From: Dehalococcoidia bacterium
Lineage (GTDB): Bacteria > Chloroflexota > Dehalococcoidia > Lucifugimonadales > UBA3495
Direction of reading: 5' to 3'
Length of the DNA: 64,000 nucleotides
Assembly: GCA_963665735.1 (NCBI GenBank)
Contig: OY762444.1
Location: forward strand, 1,068,231 to 1,132,230
Part shown: positions 17,333-25,526 of the stretch, piece after piece
How positions within the stretch are numbered: position 1 is the first letter of the stretch
Layout: each line of letters starts with the position of its first letter
The notes under the pieces: model-generated
Databases searched by the model: none
What the model was told of the DNA's origin: nothing
What the model saw: the letters and a program-made list of their open reading frames with translations, nothing else
Position numbers and translations under genes: made by a program

Positions 17333-18967
17333 ATGACCTACCTCACCAGAATAGTCACCGATCCCGTTCCCCAGGACGAACCCCTGGACGAAAGACAGGT
17401 TCCCAACAGCGCCGGGGGCTACTCCTACCCGGTGGACGACTTCACCCGGCTGGGCCGGTTCCTCATCCTCGGCTCCGAGGGGGGCAGCTACTACGCCGGG
17501 GAGCGGCAGCTCACCCTGGAAAACGCCGCCGCCGTCAAGCGCTGCGTGGAACGGGACGGCGAGCGGACCGTCACGGAAATCATGGACGTCATCCGCCAGG
17601 GAAGGGCTCCGAAGTCCGGCCCGCCCCTGTTCGCCCTGGCCGTCGCAACCGCCCACGGCAGCGAGGACACCCGGAAGCTGGCCCTGGAACAGGTTCCCGA
17701 CGCCGCTTCCACCGCCAGCCAGCTGATGCAGTTCGTCCAGTACGCCGACACCCTGCGGGGCTGGGGCCGGGGGCTGAGAAACGTCGTCGCCAACTGGTAC
17801 CTGGAAAAGACCCCGGAACAGGTGGCCTACCAGGCGGTCAAGTACCGCCAGCGCTACGGCTGGACCCACCGGGACCTGCTCCGCAAGTCCCACGCCGACA
17901 CTCCGGACATCAACCCCGACCTGCGGGAAGTTTTCCAGTGGGTCACTCACGGCGATCTGCCGGCGGAGCAAGGCGCTCTTGGCGTCATCCACGCCTACGA
18001 GCAGGCCAAGACCGCCGATGCGAAAACCCTGGCCGCCCTCATCCGGGAAAACCGCATGAGCTGGGAGATGGTCCCCGCCGAGATGCTCCAGGAGAAGGAG
18101 GTCTGGCAGGCCCTCTACGAGGATATGCCCCTGGTGGCCACCGTCCGCAACCTGGCAACCCTGACCCGGGTGGGCGTCATCGCCCCCATGCAGTTCGACC
18201 GCGCCGTGGAAACCATCGGCCGGATCGGCCGGGACGACCGGAGCCGGATACATCCCATCCAGGTGCTCTCGGCCCTGGCGACCTACCGCTCCGGGAAGGG
18301 GCAGCGGGGTAACAATACCTGGACGCCGGTACCCCAGGTGACGGAGGCCCTGGACGCCGCCTTCGAGCGTTCCTTCCAGCACGCTCCCCAAACGGGGAAG
18401 AGGTTCTACCTGGCGGTGGACGTCTCCGGCTCCATGAGCTACGGGCAGATAGCCGGGGTGCCGGGACTGACCCCCAGGGAAGCGGCGGCCGCCATGGCCA
18501 TGGCGATTGCCCGCCGGGAGCCCAACCATTACATCGCCGGATTCTCCCGGTCGGACGGCTCATACCGCGGGGCCATGATGGCGTCCCTGGACATCACCGC
18601 CGGGGACAGCCTGACCGACGCCATGAGGAAAACGGAAGAGATGCCCTTCGGCGGCACCGACTGCGCCCTGCCGATGATGGATGCCCTGGACAAGAAAATC
18701 CCGGCGGACTGCTTCGTTGTCCTGACCGACGGCGAGACCTGGGCCGGCAAGATCCACCCCGCCGAGGCGCTGCGGAAGTACCGCCGGGAGATGGAAATCC
18801 CAGCCAAGCTGGTGGTGGTGGGCATGGTCTCCAACGGGTTCACCATCGCCGACCCGGAGGAAGCCGGGATGCTGGACGTGGTGGGCTTCGACGCCGCCGC
18901 GCCCCGGATCATCGCCGACTTCGCCGGGAGCGACAAAAGAGACGTTGGGGAAGAAGAAATGGAATAA
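17333..18967 (+). CDS. rsr: Ro60-related protein Rsr (TROVE domain plus vWA domain)
   Basis: 544-aa ORF. The N-terminus (QVPNSAGGYSYPVDDFTRLGRFLILGSEGGSYYAGE) is typical of TROVE/Ro60. The C-terminal MIDAS motif is LAVDVSGSMS. Y-RNA-like genes follow directly. Confidence 0.9.
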   Translation: MTYLTRIVTDPVPQDEPLDERQVPNSAGGYSYPVDDFTRLGRFLILGSEGGSYYAGERQLTLENAAAVKRCVERDGERTVTEIMDVIRQGRAPKSGPPLFALAVATAHGSEDTRKLALEQVPDAASTASQLMQFVQYADTLRGWGRGLRNVVANWYLEKTPEQVAYQAVKYRQRYGWTHRDLLRKSHADTPDINPDLREVFQWVTHGDLPAEQGALGVIHAYEQAKTADAKTLAALIRENRMSWEMVPAEMLQEKEVWQALYEDMPLVATVRNLATLTRVGVIAPMQFDRAVETIGRIGRDDRSRIHPIQVLSALATYRSGKGQRGNNTWTPVPQVTEALDAAFERSFQHAPQTGKRFYLAVDVSGSMSYGQIAGVPGLTPREAAAAMAMAIARREPNHYIAGFSRSDGSYRGAMMASLDITAGDSLTDAMRKTEEMPFGGTDCALPMMDALDKKIPADCFVVLTDGETWAGKIHPAEALRKYRREMEIPAKLVVVGMVSNGFTIADPEEAGMLDVVGFDAAAPRIIADFAGSDKRDVGEEEME

Positions 18968-18969
18968 TT

Positions 18970-19110
18970 CCGGGGACGGGTCGACGCCGTCGGGTTATTT
19001 GGAACGTATAGGGCGCGGGTTCGATTCCCGCCGTTCTCCCCCAGGGGGGAGCGTAGCTCAGTGGCAGAGCGGTGCGACAGCCCCGGCGACACCACCCCAT
19101 CCGTCCCCGG
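18970..19110 (+). ncRNA. Y RNA-like gene 1 (YrlA-type, with permuted tRNA-like domain)
   Basis: Terminal helix CCGGGGACGG (18970-79) / CCGTCCCCGG (19101-10). Inside are a T-arm GCGGG-TTCGATT-CCCGC, a CTCCCCC/GGGGGAG hairpin and a D-arm GCTC-AGTGGCA-GAGC. GGGTTATTT follows the 5' strand and ACCCCATCCG precedes the 3' strand. Confidence 0.8.
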
Positions 19111-19166
19111 CGAATCTTTCTTCAACCGCACCCCCAACGTGGGGGAGACATCAGAAACAGGAAAAA

Positions 19167-19236
19167 CCCCGGCGGGTCGAAGACGGTGGGTTATTCTCCA
19201 ATAGTAACCCCATCGCCAATCACCCATCCGCCGGGG
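19167..19236 (+). ncRNA. Y RNA-like gene 2 (short form, no tRNA-like domain)
   Basis: Terminal helix CCCCGGCGG (19167-75) / CCGCCGGGG (19228-36). It shares GGGTCGAAG, GGGTTATT and CACCCATCCGCC with the other modules. The interior is a simple hairpin. Confidence 0.65.
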
Positions 19237-19262
19237 AAGTGTCAAAATCAATAGAGACCGCC

Positions 19263-19401
19263 GGCGCGGGCGGGTCGAAGTTCTCGGGTTATTTGGAACG
19301 CGCAGGCCGTGGGTTCGAGTCCCACCTCCCGCATCTTGCGGGAGTAGCTCAGTGGTAGAGCGGCGCGAAACTCCGGGGGCGCCAACCCATCCGCCCGTGC
19401 C
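19263..19401 (+). ncRNA. Y RNA-like gene 3 (YrlA-type, with permuted tRNA-like domain)
   Basis: 11-bp terminal helix 19263-73 / 19391-401 with one G-U pair. T-arm GTGGG-TTCGAGT-CCCAC, hairpin CTCCCGCA-TCT-TGCGGGAG and D-arm GCTC-AGTGGTA-GAGC. Confidence 0.8.
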
Positions 19402-19425
19402 AGCGGAATAAGGAAACAGGACCAC

Positions 19426-19569
19426 GGACCCCGGGCGGGTCGAAGTTGACAGGTTATCCACTCATAGATGGAGAGACGCGGGTTCGAGTCCCGCCTCCCC
19501 CCGGCGGGGGGAGTAGCTCAAAGGCAGAGCGCTTGAACCCTGCCGGCAACCCCCATCCGCCCGGGGTCC
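19426..19569 (+). ncRNA. Y RNA-like gene 4 (YrlA-type, with permuted tRNA-like domain)
   Basis: 13-bp perfect terminal helix GGACCCCGGGCGG / CCGCCCGGGGTCC. T-arm GCGGG-TTCGAGT-CCCGC, hairpin CTCCCCCC-GGC-GGGGGGAG and D-arm GCTC-AAAGGCA-GAGC. Confidence 0.8.
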
Positions 19570-19588
19570 CAGGATAAAAAGGAAGAGA

Positions 19589-19654
19589 CCCCGGCGGGTC
19601 GATGATGACGGGTTATTTTGGTTAACCCCGTTGCCGCCAACCCATCCGCCGGGG
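19589..19654 (+). ncRNA. Y RNA-like gene 5 (short form)
   Basis: Terminal helix CCCCGGCGG (19589-97) / CCGCCGGGG (19646-54). GGGTCGATG, GGGTTATTTTGG and CAACCCATCCGCC are conserved. Confidence 0.65.
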
Positions 19655-19682
19655 CCAATAACCAGAGGAGGGACAACCGGGC

Positions 19683-20147
19683 ATGAAGGATAAAAGCAAA
19701 ATCCCGACGCTTTTCCGGGAACTGGACCTGAACTTCAGGAACATCACTGCCATCCCCGTCATCGCCCTCGTCTACTACTACATCGCAGTGCAGGCCAGGG
19801 AACTGGCCGGGGGAGACGTTCCCGAAAACCCGGTAATGGCATCCGTCACGCTGCTCCTCGCCTCCCTGCATAACCACAGCCTCACCCGGAACGTCCTGAT
19901 GGACAAGATCTTCACCGTCATTGCCCTCACCGCCACGACACTGGCCCTGTTCTTCCTGGGCGCCGCTTTCCCCTTCGCCATGGCCGAGGGAAAACCGGTA
20001 GTTCTCGCAATCATGGCCCTCTCCCTCGGAATGACCGTGTGGAACCTGGTCCTGGCGGTGAATGAAAGGCGGAATCCGTCCGTTCCAAAACAACCGAAAG
20101 AGGAAAACCATGCAACGGAACCGGGAAGCGTTTCTCCATCATCCTGA
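19683..20147 (+). CDS. Hypothetical membrane protein
   Basis: 154-aa ORF after GAGGAGGG, with several hydrophobic helices (ITAIPVIALVYYYIAV, LALFFLGAAFPFAMA, VVLAIMALSLGMTVWNLVLAV). Confidence 0.6.
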   Translation: MKDKSKIPTLFRELDLNFRNITAIPVIALVYYYIAVQARELAGGDVPENPVMASVTLLLASLHNHSLTRNVLMDKIFTVIALTATTLALFFLGAAFPFAMAEGKPVVLAIMALSLGMTVWNLVLAVNERRNPSVPKQPKEENHATEPGSVSPSS

Positions 20148-20784
20148 ACCCCGCGAAACTCCCAACCCCCAAGCCATGGCCGCTGCGGAGGCCGCCGCCG
20201 AAGCCCTCCGCCGGGCTGCGCTGACCCAGACCCGGGAGATGATAACCGAGGAGGCCCGGGCGTCGGCTTACATCGAGAGCGAGTACGACGAGGAAGAAAT
20301 CGCCCGCCACGCCGGGGCCTTGGAGTCCTACCTGCTGGAACCCAAGGGCCAGGACGAGGAGAGCCTGCTCCTGGACCTGCACCGGCGGATGATGCGAAAC
20401 CAGGCCCACGCCCAACCGGGCCGGTACCGCACCTTCGGAGTCACCATCGGGGACTGGAGGCCGCCGGGAGCCGGACTGGTTCCGGCGCTGATGCGAGAAT
20501 TTCACGACGGGGGATGGCGGAGAGCCGGCGGCCAGGACGGGGATGCCGCAGCCCGGGCCATCCGGGCCCACGTCCACTTCGAGACCGTCCACCCCTTCGC
20601 CGACGGCAACGGAAGAACCGGCCGGGCATTGCTGCAGCGGATGCTGGGAACCCGCATCCCCATCAGCCCCTTCATCCTGCGGGAACGGTGGGAATACTAC
20701 CGGCTGTTCGAGGAAGGCGACTGGTCCGATTGGGTCTTGTGGCTGAGCCGGGGCATCGTGGAACAGGCCGGAAGTAACCGCTAG
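20110..20784 (+). CDS. Fic/DOC family protein (AMPylase-type active site)
   Basis: Canonical Fic motif HPFADGNGRTGRALL. The start is ambiguous between 20062 and 20110; 20110 was chosen to limit overlap with the upstream ORF. Confidence 0.85.
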   Translation: MQRNREAFLHHPEPRETPNPQAMAAAEAAAEALRRAALTQTREMITEEARASAYIESEYDEEEIARHAGALESYLLEPKGQDEESLLLDLHRRMMRNQAHAQPGRYRTFGVTIGDWRPPGAGLVPALMREFHDGGWRRAGGQDGDAAARAIRAHVHFETVHPFADGNGRTGRALLQRMLGTRIPISPFILRERWEYYRLFEEGDWSDWVLWLSRGIVEQAGSNR

Positions 20785-21036
20785 GTTACTGACCGGAAGC
20801 GATTGTTAAGTCGCTGACGGGAGCAGCTATCGCCGGAAGTGTCCGTAAGGACACTGACGGGAACAGCTTGCCCCGGAGGGCAAGCGATGTGAACGGGGCG
20901 ATAGCGATGCGAAGGGAACAGGATAGCCCGGAAGTAACCGCCAGGTTACTGACGGGAACAGTTTGCCCGGGAGGGCAAGCGATGTGAACGGAGGCTATCC
21001 ACTGTGAAAAGCGTAGCGAACACATTCAGTGGATAG
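20768..21036. repeat. Array of short hairpins (REP/BIME-like) between convergent genes
   Basis: Four units have the form GGAAG-hairpin-CTGAC, with stems GTAACC/GGTTAC (twice), GTGTCC/GGACAC and GCGA/TCGC. Two copies of CTGACGGGAACAG-(C/T)TTGCCC-NGGA-GGGCAAG-CGATGTGAACGG are present. A 10-bp hairpin CTATCCACTG/CAGTGGATAG closes the array. Confidence 0.6.
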
Positions 21037-21051
21037 TAGTCAGTGGTCAGT
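21028..21051. repeat. Heptanucleotide tandem repeat, locus a
   Basis: AGTGGAT AGTAGTC AGTGGTC AGT, overlapping the stop of the minus-strand lipoprotein gene. Confidence 0.6.
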
Positions 21052-22404
21052 TCCCCCATCCCCCCGGTCGCCGGACACCGGCAACCCGCCACCGGCCCAT
21101 ACTTGAGGCCCCGCCAGGTAGAGCCAGCAGCCGGATTCGTCCTCCGGCGGCGAACCCGGGTCCCAGTAGACGATCATGTTCCCTGAACCGTCCCGCACGG
21201 TGACCGGCGAAGGCCCGGAATCGTTCTCCGCGACCAGCCCCGGGGCCAGGTGATACCCGCCCACCGTGGAGTTCCTGATTCCCCGCCACTCGGAGTCGCC
21301 GAAGCACAGGTCCACGGGGTCCTCCGGGTTCACCGCCACCGGGAACCAACCCTGCAGGGCACAGGCCGGGGAATCAACCAGGACCTCGGCCACCAGTTCG
21401 TTCACCTCCTCCGCCGATGAAACGTCATCCCGCACCCGCAGCCAGCCCATGAGCAGTTCATCACAGTCGATGGAAGACGACGGGGGAATCGGAACAACCG
21501 GCCCAGTACCGGGCACGGGGGAGGGCGTGGAAACCTGGGGCGCCTCGATGACGAAGGGTGCGCCGTAGCCGCTGAACCGGAGTTCCACGACAAAATCCTC
21601 CTCGGGAACGACCTCACCGGAGGGCTCCGCCGAGACCAGCCGCAACAGCCCGTCCCCGGCGTGGAACCGGTAGACCGCCTCCGCCTCGGCCCCGTCCGAG
21701 GATCCCAGATCATCGCTGAACCGGGAATAGGTGGATGAATCGCCGCCGGACTCCGTTCCCACGAAGACGTGGTAATCCTCGCCGTCAAACTCCTCCAGGC
21801 CCCGGTAGACCAGACTTTCCTGGTCCGAGACAGTCAACACTTCCTCCATCAACCCGTGGAAGGCCATGTCCCCGTCCTCGTCCCGCTCCCACTCCCCGGT
21901 GAAGGGGGAGCGGATATAGGAATCGGCGCCCACGGAGATGAAGTCCACCGAGATGGCCATTCCCAGCAGAGAGAAGGCGAAGGAGCCGTCGGAGCGGTCC
22001 GGCAGGACGGTGCGGCCCTTCATATCCACGAAAAGGGCGCACTCGGGAGTCATGGGAGCGTCGGACTGGTCGTCGGGGCAGGCGCGGTTGCGGACCGATA
22101 CCTCGTAGCGGTAGGAACCGGCGGCCACGGCCAGTTCCAGGGAACGGGCGAAGTAGGCGGCCGGGTCATCGGGGGAGATTTTTTCCAGTGGAATTTCCGT
22201 AGGCGCGGGCCGGGTGGGAGTGGCCGTGGGTTCGGGAGTCTCCGTGGGAACGGCCGTTGCCGTGGGAGCCGGCGTCTCGGTGGGTAAAGGAGTCGCCGCC
22301 GCAACCATCGCCCGGGTAGTAACGGTGGGAATGACCGCCGGGCCGGACCCTTGGTTGCAGCCCAACAGCAGGATCAACAGCGCCGGGAGAAGCAGGAATC
22401 GCAT
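21040..22404 (-). CDS. Secreted lipoprotein with a Thr/Pro-rich linker
   Basis: Signal peptide plus lipobox MRFLLLPALLILLLGCNQ. The start is taken at the internal Met (22404). Linker PTETPAPTATAVPTETPEPTATPT. Confidence 0.75.
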   Translation of the reverse strand: MRFLLLPALLILLLGCNQGSGPAVIPTVTTRAMVAAATPLPTETPAPTATAVPTETPEPTATPTRPAPTEIPLEKISPDDPAAYFARSLELAVAAGSYRYEVSVRNRACPDDQSDAPMTPECALFVDMKGRTVLPDRSDGSFAFSLLGMAISVDFISVGADSYIRSPFTGEWERDEDGDMAFHGLMEEVLTVSDQESLVYRGLEEFDGEDYHVFVGTESGGDSSTYSRFSDDLGSSDGAEAEAVYRFHAGDGLLRLVSAEPSGEVVPEEDFVVELRFSGYGAPFVIEAPQVSTPSPVPGTGPVVPIPPSSSIDCDELLMGWLRVRDDVSSAEEVNELVAEVLVDSPACALQGWFPVAVNPEDPVDLCFGDSEWRGIRNSTVGGYHLAPGLVAENDSGPSPVTVRDGSGNMIVYWDPGSPPEDESGCWLYLAGPQVWAGGGLPVSGDRGDGGTDH

Positions 22405-22535
22405 GGGGGAACCTCCGCGGTGAGAACCGGAATGACGCAAGGGTAACACCCGCATTCGGCCCCCCGATTGTTCCGGCGAAGGGCAAAACGGGAACCCGCC
22501 GGCGGGAAAGTAGAATCAACCCCACGGGAGGGGAA

Positions 22536-23060
22536 ATGAAAGAAGCCTGCGAACTCGCCCAGCAAGCCACACTGGAAAAACGGCGGGCAGGGGAACAACT
22601 GGCGGAGGCCTCCCGGCTGCTGCGCAAGAACCCAACCGTCAACAACGCCATGAGCCTGCTGGTCCGAGACGTTCACATCAGGGAATCTGAGGGGAAATAC
22701 ACCCGCGCCGCCCTGGAGTGCGCCAGGCGGATGGGAGACCGGGCCCGGGAACTCCGCCGGAACCCCGACAACATGGAACGGGCCGACCGTCTGAATCGCC
22801 GAGCCGACCGGCTGGTGCGGGAGATGCTGGAATCCCCGTCTCCCTCCCGCGAGGAGGATATCGACCTGGCGTTGGCGACAATTGAGGAATACGGCGAAGG
22901 AACCCCGGTAGAAGGAATGATGGCCCTGGCCGGCCTGGCCAAGTGTTTTATATGCGGCAATGAGTGGGAGGTGGACCCGGAGGAGTTCACCAGCAGACAG
23001 GGACCGCCCGATTGTCCCGAATGCAGCCCGCAGGAGGAGGAACCGGAATGCCCTCGGTGA
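22536..23060 (+). CDS. Hypothetical protein with a C-terminal zinc ribbon
   Basis: 174-aa ORF after GGGAGGGG. C-terminal CFICGNEW...DCPECSP. Confidence 0.6.
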   Translation: MKEACELAQQATLEKRRAGEQLAEASRLLRKNPTVNNAMSLLVRDVHIRESEGKYTRAALECARRMGDRARELRRNPDNMERADRLNRRADRLVREMLESPSPSREEDIDLALATIEEYGEGTPVEGMMALAGLAKCFICGNEWEVDPEEFTSRQGPPDCPECSPQEEEPECPR

Positions 23061-23461
23061 ACGTGGTGATGTCCTGCGGCCACCCGGAAAGGCGGCAGGT
23101 GAAGGGGTCGGGCAGCAACAAGGCCGCCCAGATGAGGAACATGGCCCGCCATCCCTGCCGGGAGTGCCGGGAGGAGGAAGCCAGGAAAGCCGCCCTGATG
23201 GCCGAGCGGCAGGGACTGCCGGTCATGGAAGGCCCGCCCCGCCAGGCCGCCGCCGCGGAGGTTGTACGGCGGGAATTGCTGCACCGGATGGACCCGGAGA
23301 ATGGGGAGAACCCGGACCTGGGCCCCGACTGGACCCCGGAGCGGGCGCAGCGGGCCCGGCGGAACGTCATGGCGGTCACCGACTCCGGGTGGTGGCTGGA
23401 ACACCGGGCCGACGGCGCGGAGCAGCTCCACTGGTTCGGCGAGGAGATGCTGGTGAGATGA
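23048..23461 (+). CDS. Hypothetical protein
   Basis: The internal ATG overlaps the upstream stop region. 137 aa. Confidence 0.5.
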   Translation: MPSVNVVMSCGHPERRQVKGSGSNKAAQMRNMARHPCRECREEEARKAALMAERQGLPVMEGPPRQAAAAEVVRRELLHRMDPENGENPDLGPDWTPERAQRARRNVMAVTDSGWWLEHRADGAEQLHWFGEEMLVR

Positions 23462-23772
23462 ACGACGGGAAAGATTGCACCGAAGTACTGGCGGAATGCC
23501 GGAACTGCGTGGAAAGGGTGGGGATAATCGGAAAACCCAGGGTAGGCGTATTCACCGCTTCTTTCCGACAGCATATCAACCACCACGTCAGGATGTCCGG
23601 GCACACGATGATTGTGACCGCGTTCAGCAGGCACACCGACCAAGAAACCGGCCACGGGATCAAATTGCCCCTCAGCGCCGATGAATCGCAGATGGTGTGG
23701 GGAAAGCTGGACCAAGTCAGGCACATAGGAGGCCAGGTGGAATGGGTTGTCCAGCCGGAAAAACCGAGATGA
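23458..23772 (+). CDS. Hypothetical protein
   Basis: ATGA overlap with the upstream stop. 104 aa. Confidence 0.5.
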   Translation: MNDGKDCTEVLAECRNCVERVGIIGKPRVGVFTASFRQHINHHVRMSGHTMIVTAFSRHTDQETGHGIKLPLSADESQMVWGKLDQVRHIGGQVEWVVQPEKPR

Positions 23773-24287
23773 ACGAGGAAAACGGAGGCACCGGAGTGAT
23801 AGAACCCCCCGACCAGGACGAGGGAATCAGGGACCCGGAGGAACTTCGCACCGAGGTGGAAAAGACCCACGAACTGGCCAGGGAGGCCCGGAGGGCCGCC
23901 CTGGAGCAGCAGGAGACTGCCAACGAAGTCCGGAACCGGGCCATACGGGAGATGCCGGGCCACATTGAGGACGCGGCGAAGGTCCGGCAGGAAATTGACC
24001 AGGCCGTCCTGGAGTACATGAAACAGGTGGCGATGGAGGCGGAGGCCCGGGCCCAGGAATCCGTGGCCGAGGCGATGACGGCGGGATTTCACGCCCGGGC
24101 GGCGGAGCTGGAATGGGAGAACAATCCCAACCGGGGGAACGCGGTGCGGAGGGCCGAGGAATCGTTGAGATCCCGGCTGCGCTGGATTCGGGCGGAATCC
24201 CTCCAGGACCAGGCCAACGCGGCGTGGGCGGCGCTGGCAAAGGAACAGGAAACGCAACAGCAAAGCGCCGTGGAGGGGGAACAGTGA
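23769..24287 (+). CDS. Hypothetical coiled-coil protein
   Basis: ATGA overlap with the upstream stop. 172 aa, rich in Glu, Ala and Arg. Confidence 0.55.
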   Translation: MNEENGGTGVIEPPDQDEGIRDPEELRTEVEKTHELAREARRAALEQQETANEVRNRAIREMPGHIEDAAKVRQEIDQAVLEYMKQVAMEAEARAQESVAEAMTAGFHARAAELEWENNPNRGNAVRRAEESLRSRLRWIRAESLQDQANAAWAALAKEQETQQQSAVEGEQ

Positions 24288-24589
24288 CCGGCCCGGCAAT
24301 CCCGGCGGGGTTGGTCGCCCCGTTGCGTAAAGCAGTATACAAGCGATGACGATCTACCCCGTATCCACGGTGACGCTGTTCCTGCTGGCGGCCCTCATGG
24401 CCCTGCTGGCAATTGAGCCCGGACGGGCCGGCCCGGAACTTTTGGCCGCGACCCCGGCCCTGCTGCTGCCGGGTCTGGGAGCCGCCCTGACGGACATCCT
24501 CCGGCTCATGGTCAGAGTAGCGCCGGAGCGCCGGGGGATGGCGGGCGGGAATGAAAACCGACGGCCTCCAGTAGGGGGAGGGAGAAACG

Positions 24590-24904
24590 ATGACCGTTCT
24601 GATGTACGAGGACATCCGGGTCCGGCTGGTGCTGGCCGCGCAGGACATCGAGTCCCCCCGGTGGTACGACTACACCGCCGTAGCCGGGGAGGGCCGGGCG
24701 TTGACCGACATGATCCTGTTGCAGGACCGGCAGCTGTCCCCCCGGGGCAGGGGTGTCACCGGCCGGAACGGGTTCTACGCCGGAGGGGGCCGGGAGAACC
24801 CCGGCGAGCAGCTCATCGCCGTCTGCGACGAGAGGGAGGTCCGCCTCCACCGGAGCCGCATGGGACGGGCCGGGCGGGCGGCCTTCAACGTGCCGGAGGG
24901 GTAG
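24590..24904 (+). CDS. Hypothetical protein
   Basis: 104-aa ORF preceded by GGGGGAGGGAG. Confidence 0.5.
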   Translation: MTVLMYEDIRVRLVLAAQDIESPRWYDYTAVAGEGRALTDMILLQDRQLSPRGRGVTGRNGFYAGGGRENPGEQLIAVCDEREVRLHRSRMGRAGRAAFNVPEG

Positions 24905-24972
24905 CCCTTGCAGTGGAAGGCGGCCGGCGACCAGTGATTACTGTCTATCATCCACCGGGACTGTCGTGGAGC

Positions 24973-25000
24973 CTGGTCACTAGTCACTATCCACTGGCCC
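24973..25000. repeat. Heptanucleotide tandem repeat, locus b (opposite orientation)
   Basis: CTGGTCA CTAGTCA CTATCCA CTGGCCC, which is the reverse complement of GGGCCAG TGGATAG TGACTAG TGACCAG. Confidence 0.6.
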
Positions 25001-25208
25001 CGGTACCATTCGATATGCCGGCGTGGTTCTCCGTAGTAACGGAATGTTCAACCGGGAACCCCCGTGGCGGGCAGTAGTGTAGCAGTGCATTGGCCGGGAG
25101 TCGGTCCCGGAGGAGCGGGTGCAAGTCCCGCCGCCCGACCAAAAACCCCGGCGGAGTGGGACAGCAGACCAAGCGTGGTACAATAGCAGCCAAGAGACGG
25201 AGAGAACG

Positions 25209-25526
25209 ATGCCGAAAACGGACGCAACGGTTCCCGCGCCGCAACCGAACCGGGGCGGGCCTACCCGCCCCCGCGAAGAGATTGCCCGCCTGGGCGATGA
25301 GATATACGAGCGCGACATCCGCCGGGAAGTGGAGGACGCGCATCATGGTGAAATCGTTTCCATCGACGTGGACTCCGGCAAGTGGGCCATCGCCGACGAA
25401 CTGCTGGAAGCGGCGGGCCGGCTGCGGGCGCAACACCCGGAAGCAATCAACGTCTGGTCCTTGCTGGTAGGCCACCGGGCGGTATACCGGTTTGGGGGCA
25501 ACTCCCTGTCCCGGATGCCCCGGTGA
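25209..25526 (+). CDS. Small hypothetical protein upstream of the aspartic-protease-like gene
   Basis: Internal ATG after GAGACGGAGAG. 105 aa. Its stop overlaps the GTG of the next gene (GTGA). Confidence 0.55.
   Translation: MPKTDATVPAPQPNRGGPTRPREEIARLGDEIYERDIRREVEDAHHGEIVSIDVDSGKWAIADELLEAAGRLRAQHPEAINVWSLLVGHRAVYRFGGNSLSRMPR

Noticed and set aside
18529-19461. A 310-aa minus-strand ORF covering the rsr 3' end and the region downstream.
   Set aside because: It overlaps the Y-RNA-like modules, and its translation is Pro/Arg/Ser-rich with no motif. The structured RNA modules on the + strand explain the region better.
18970-19654. The repeat-and-spacer appearance could suggest a CRISPR array or a cluster of true tRNA genes.
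   Set aside because: The repeated parts are imperfect and form long-range terminal helices rather than short identical direct repeats. The tRNA-like parts are ordered T-arm, closed acceptor hairpin, D-arm, with no anticodon arm. They are therefore tRNA mimics of the Y RNA type, not tRNA genes.
24346-25077. A 243-aa ORF beginning with a plausible membrane segment (LFLLAALMALLAIEP...).
   Set aside because: After about 70 residues the translation becomes Gly/Arg/Pro low-complexity. It also overlaps the better-supported 24590-24904 ORF, which has a strong RBS, and runs through the heptamer repeat. A short membrane protein may exist here, but its end cannot be defined, possibly because of another frame problem.
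25064-25140. A possible tRNA gene of about 75 nt ending in ...GCCCGACCA.
   Set aside because: No cloverleaf can be drawn. There is no D-stem. Loop position 33 is G rather than U. The T-loop reads TGCAAGT rather than TTC-type. One extra base separates the T-stem from the acceptor strand, and the acceptor has a G-A mismatch. It is retained only as a possible decayed tRNA 3'-half or att remnant.
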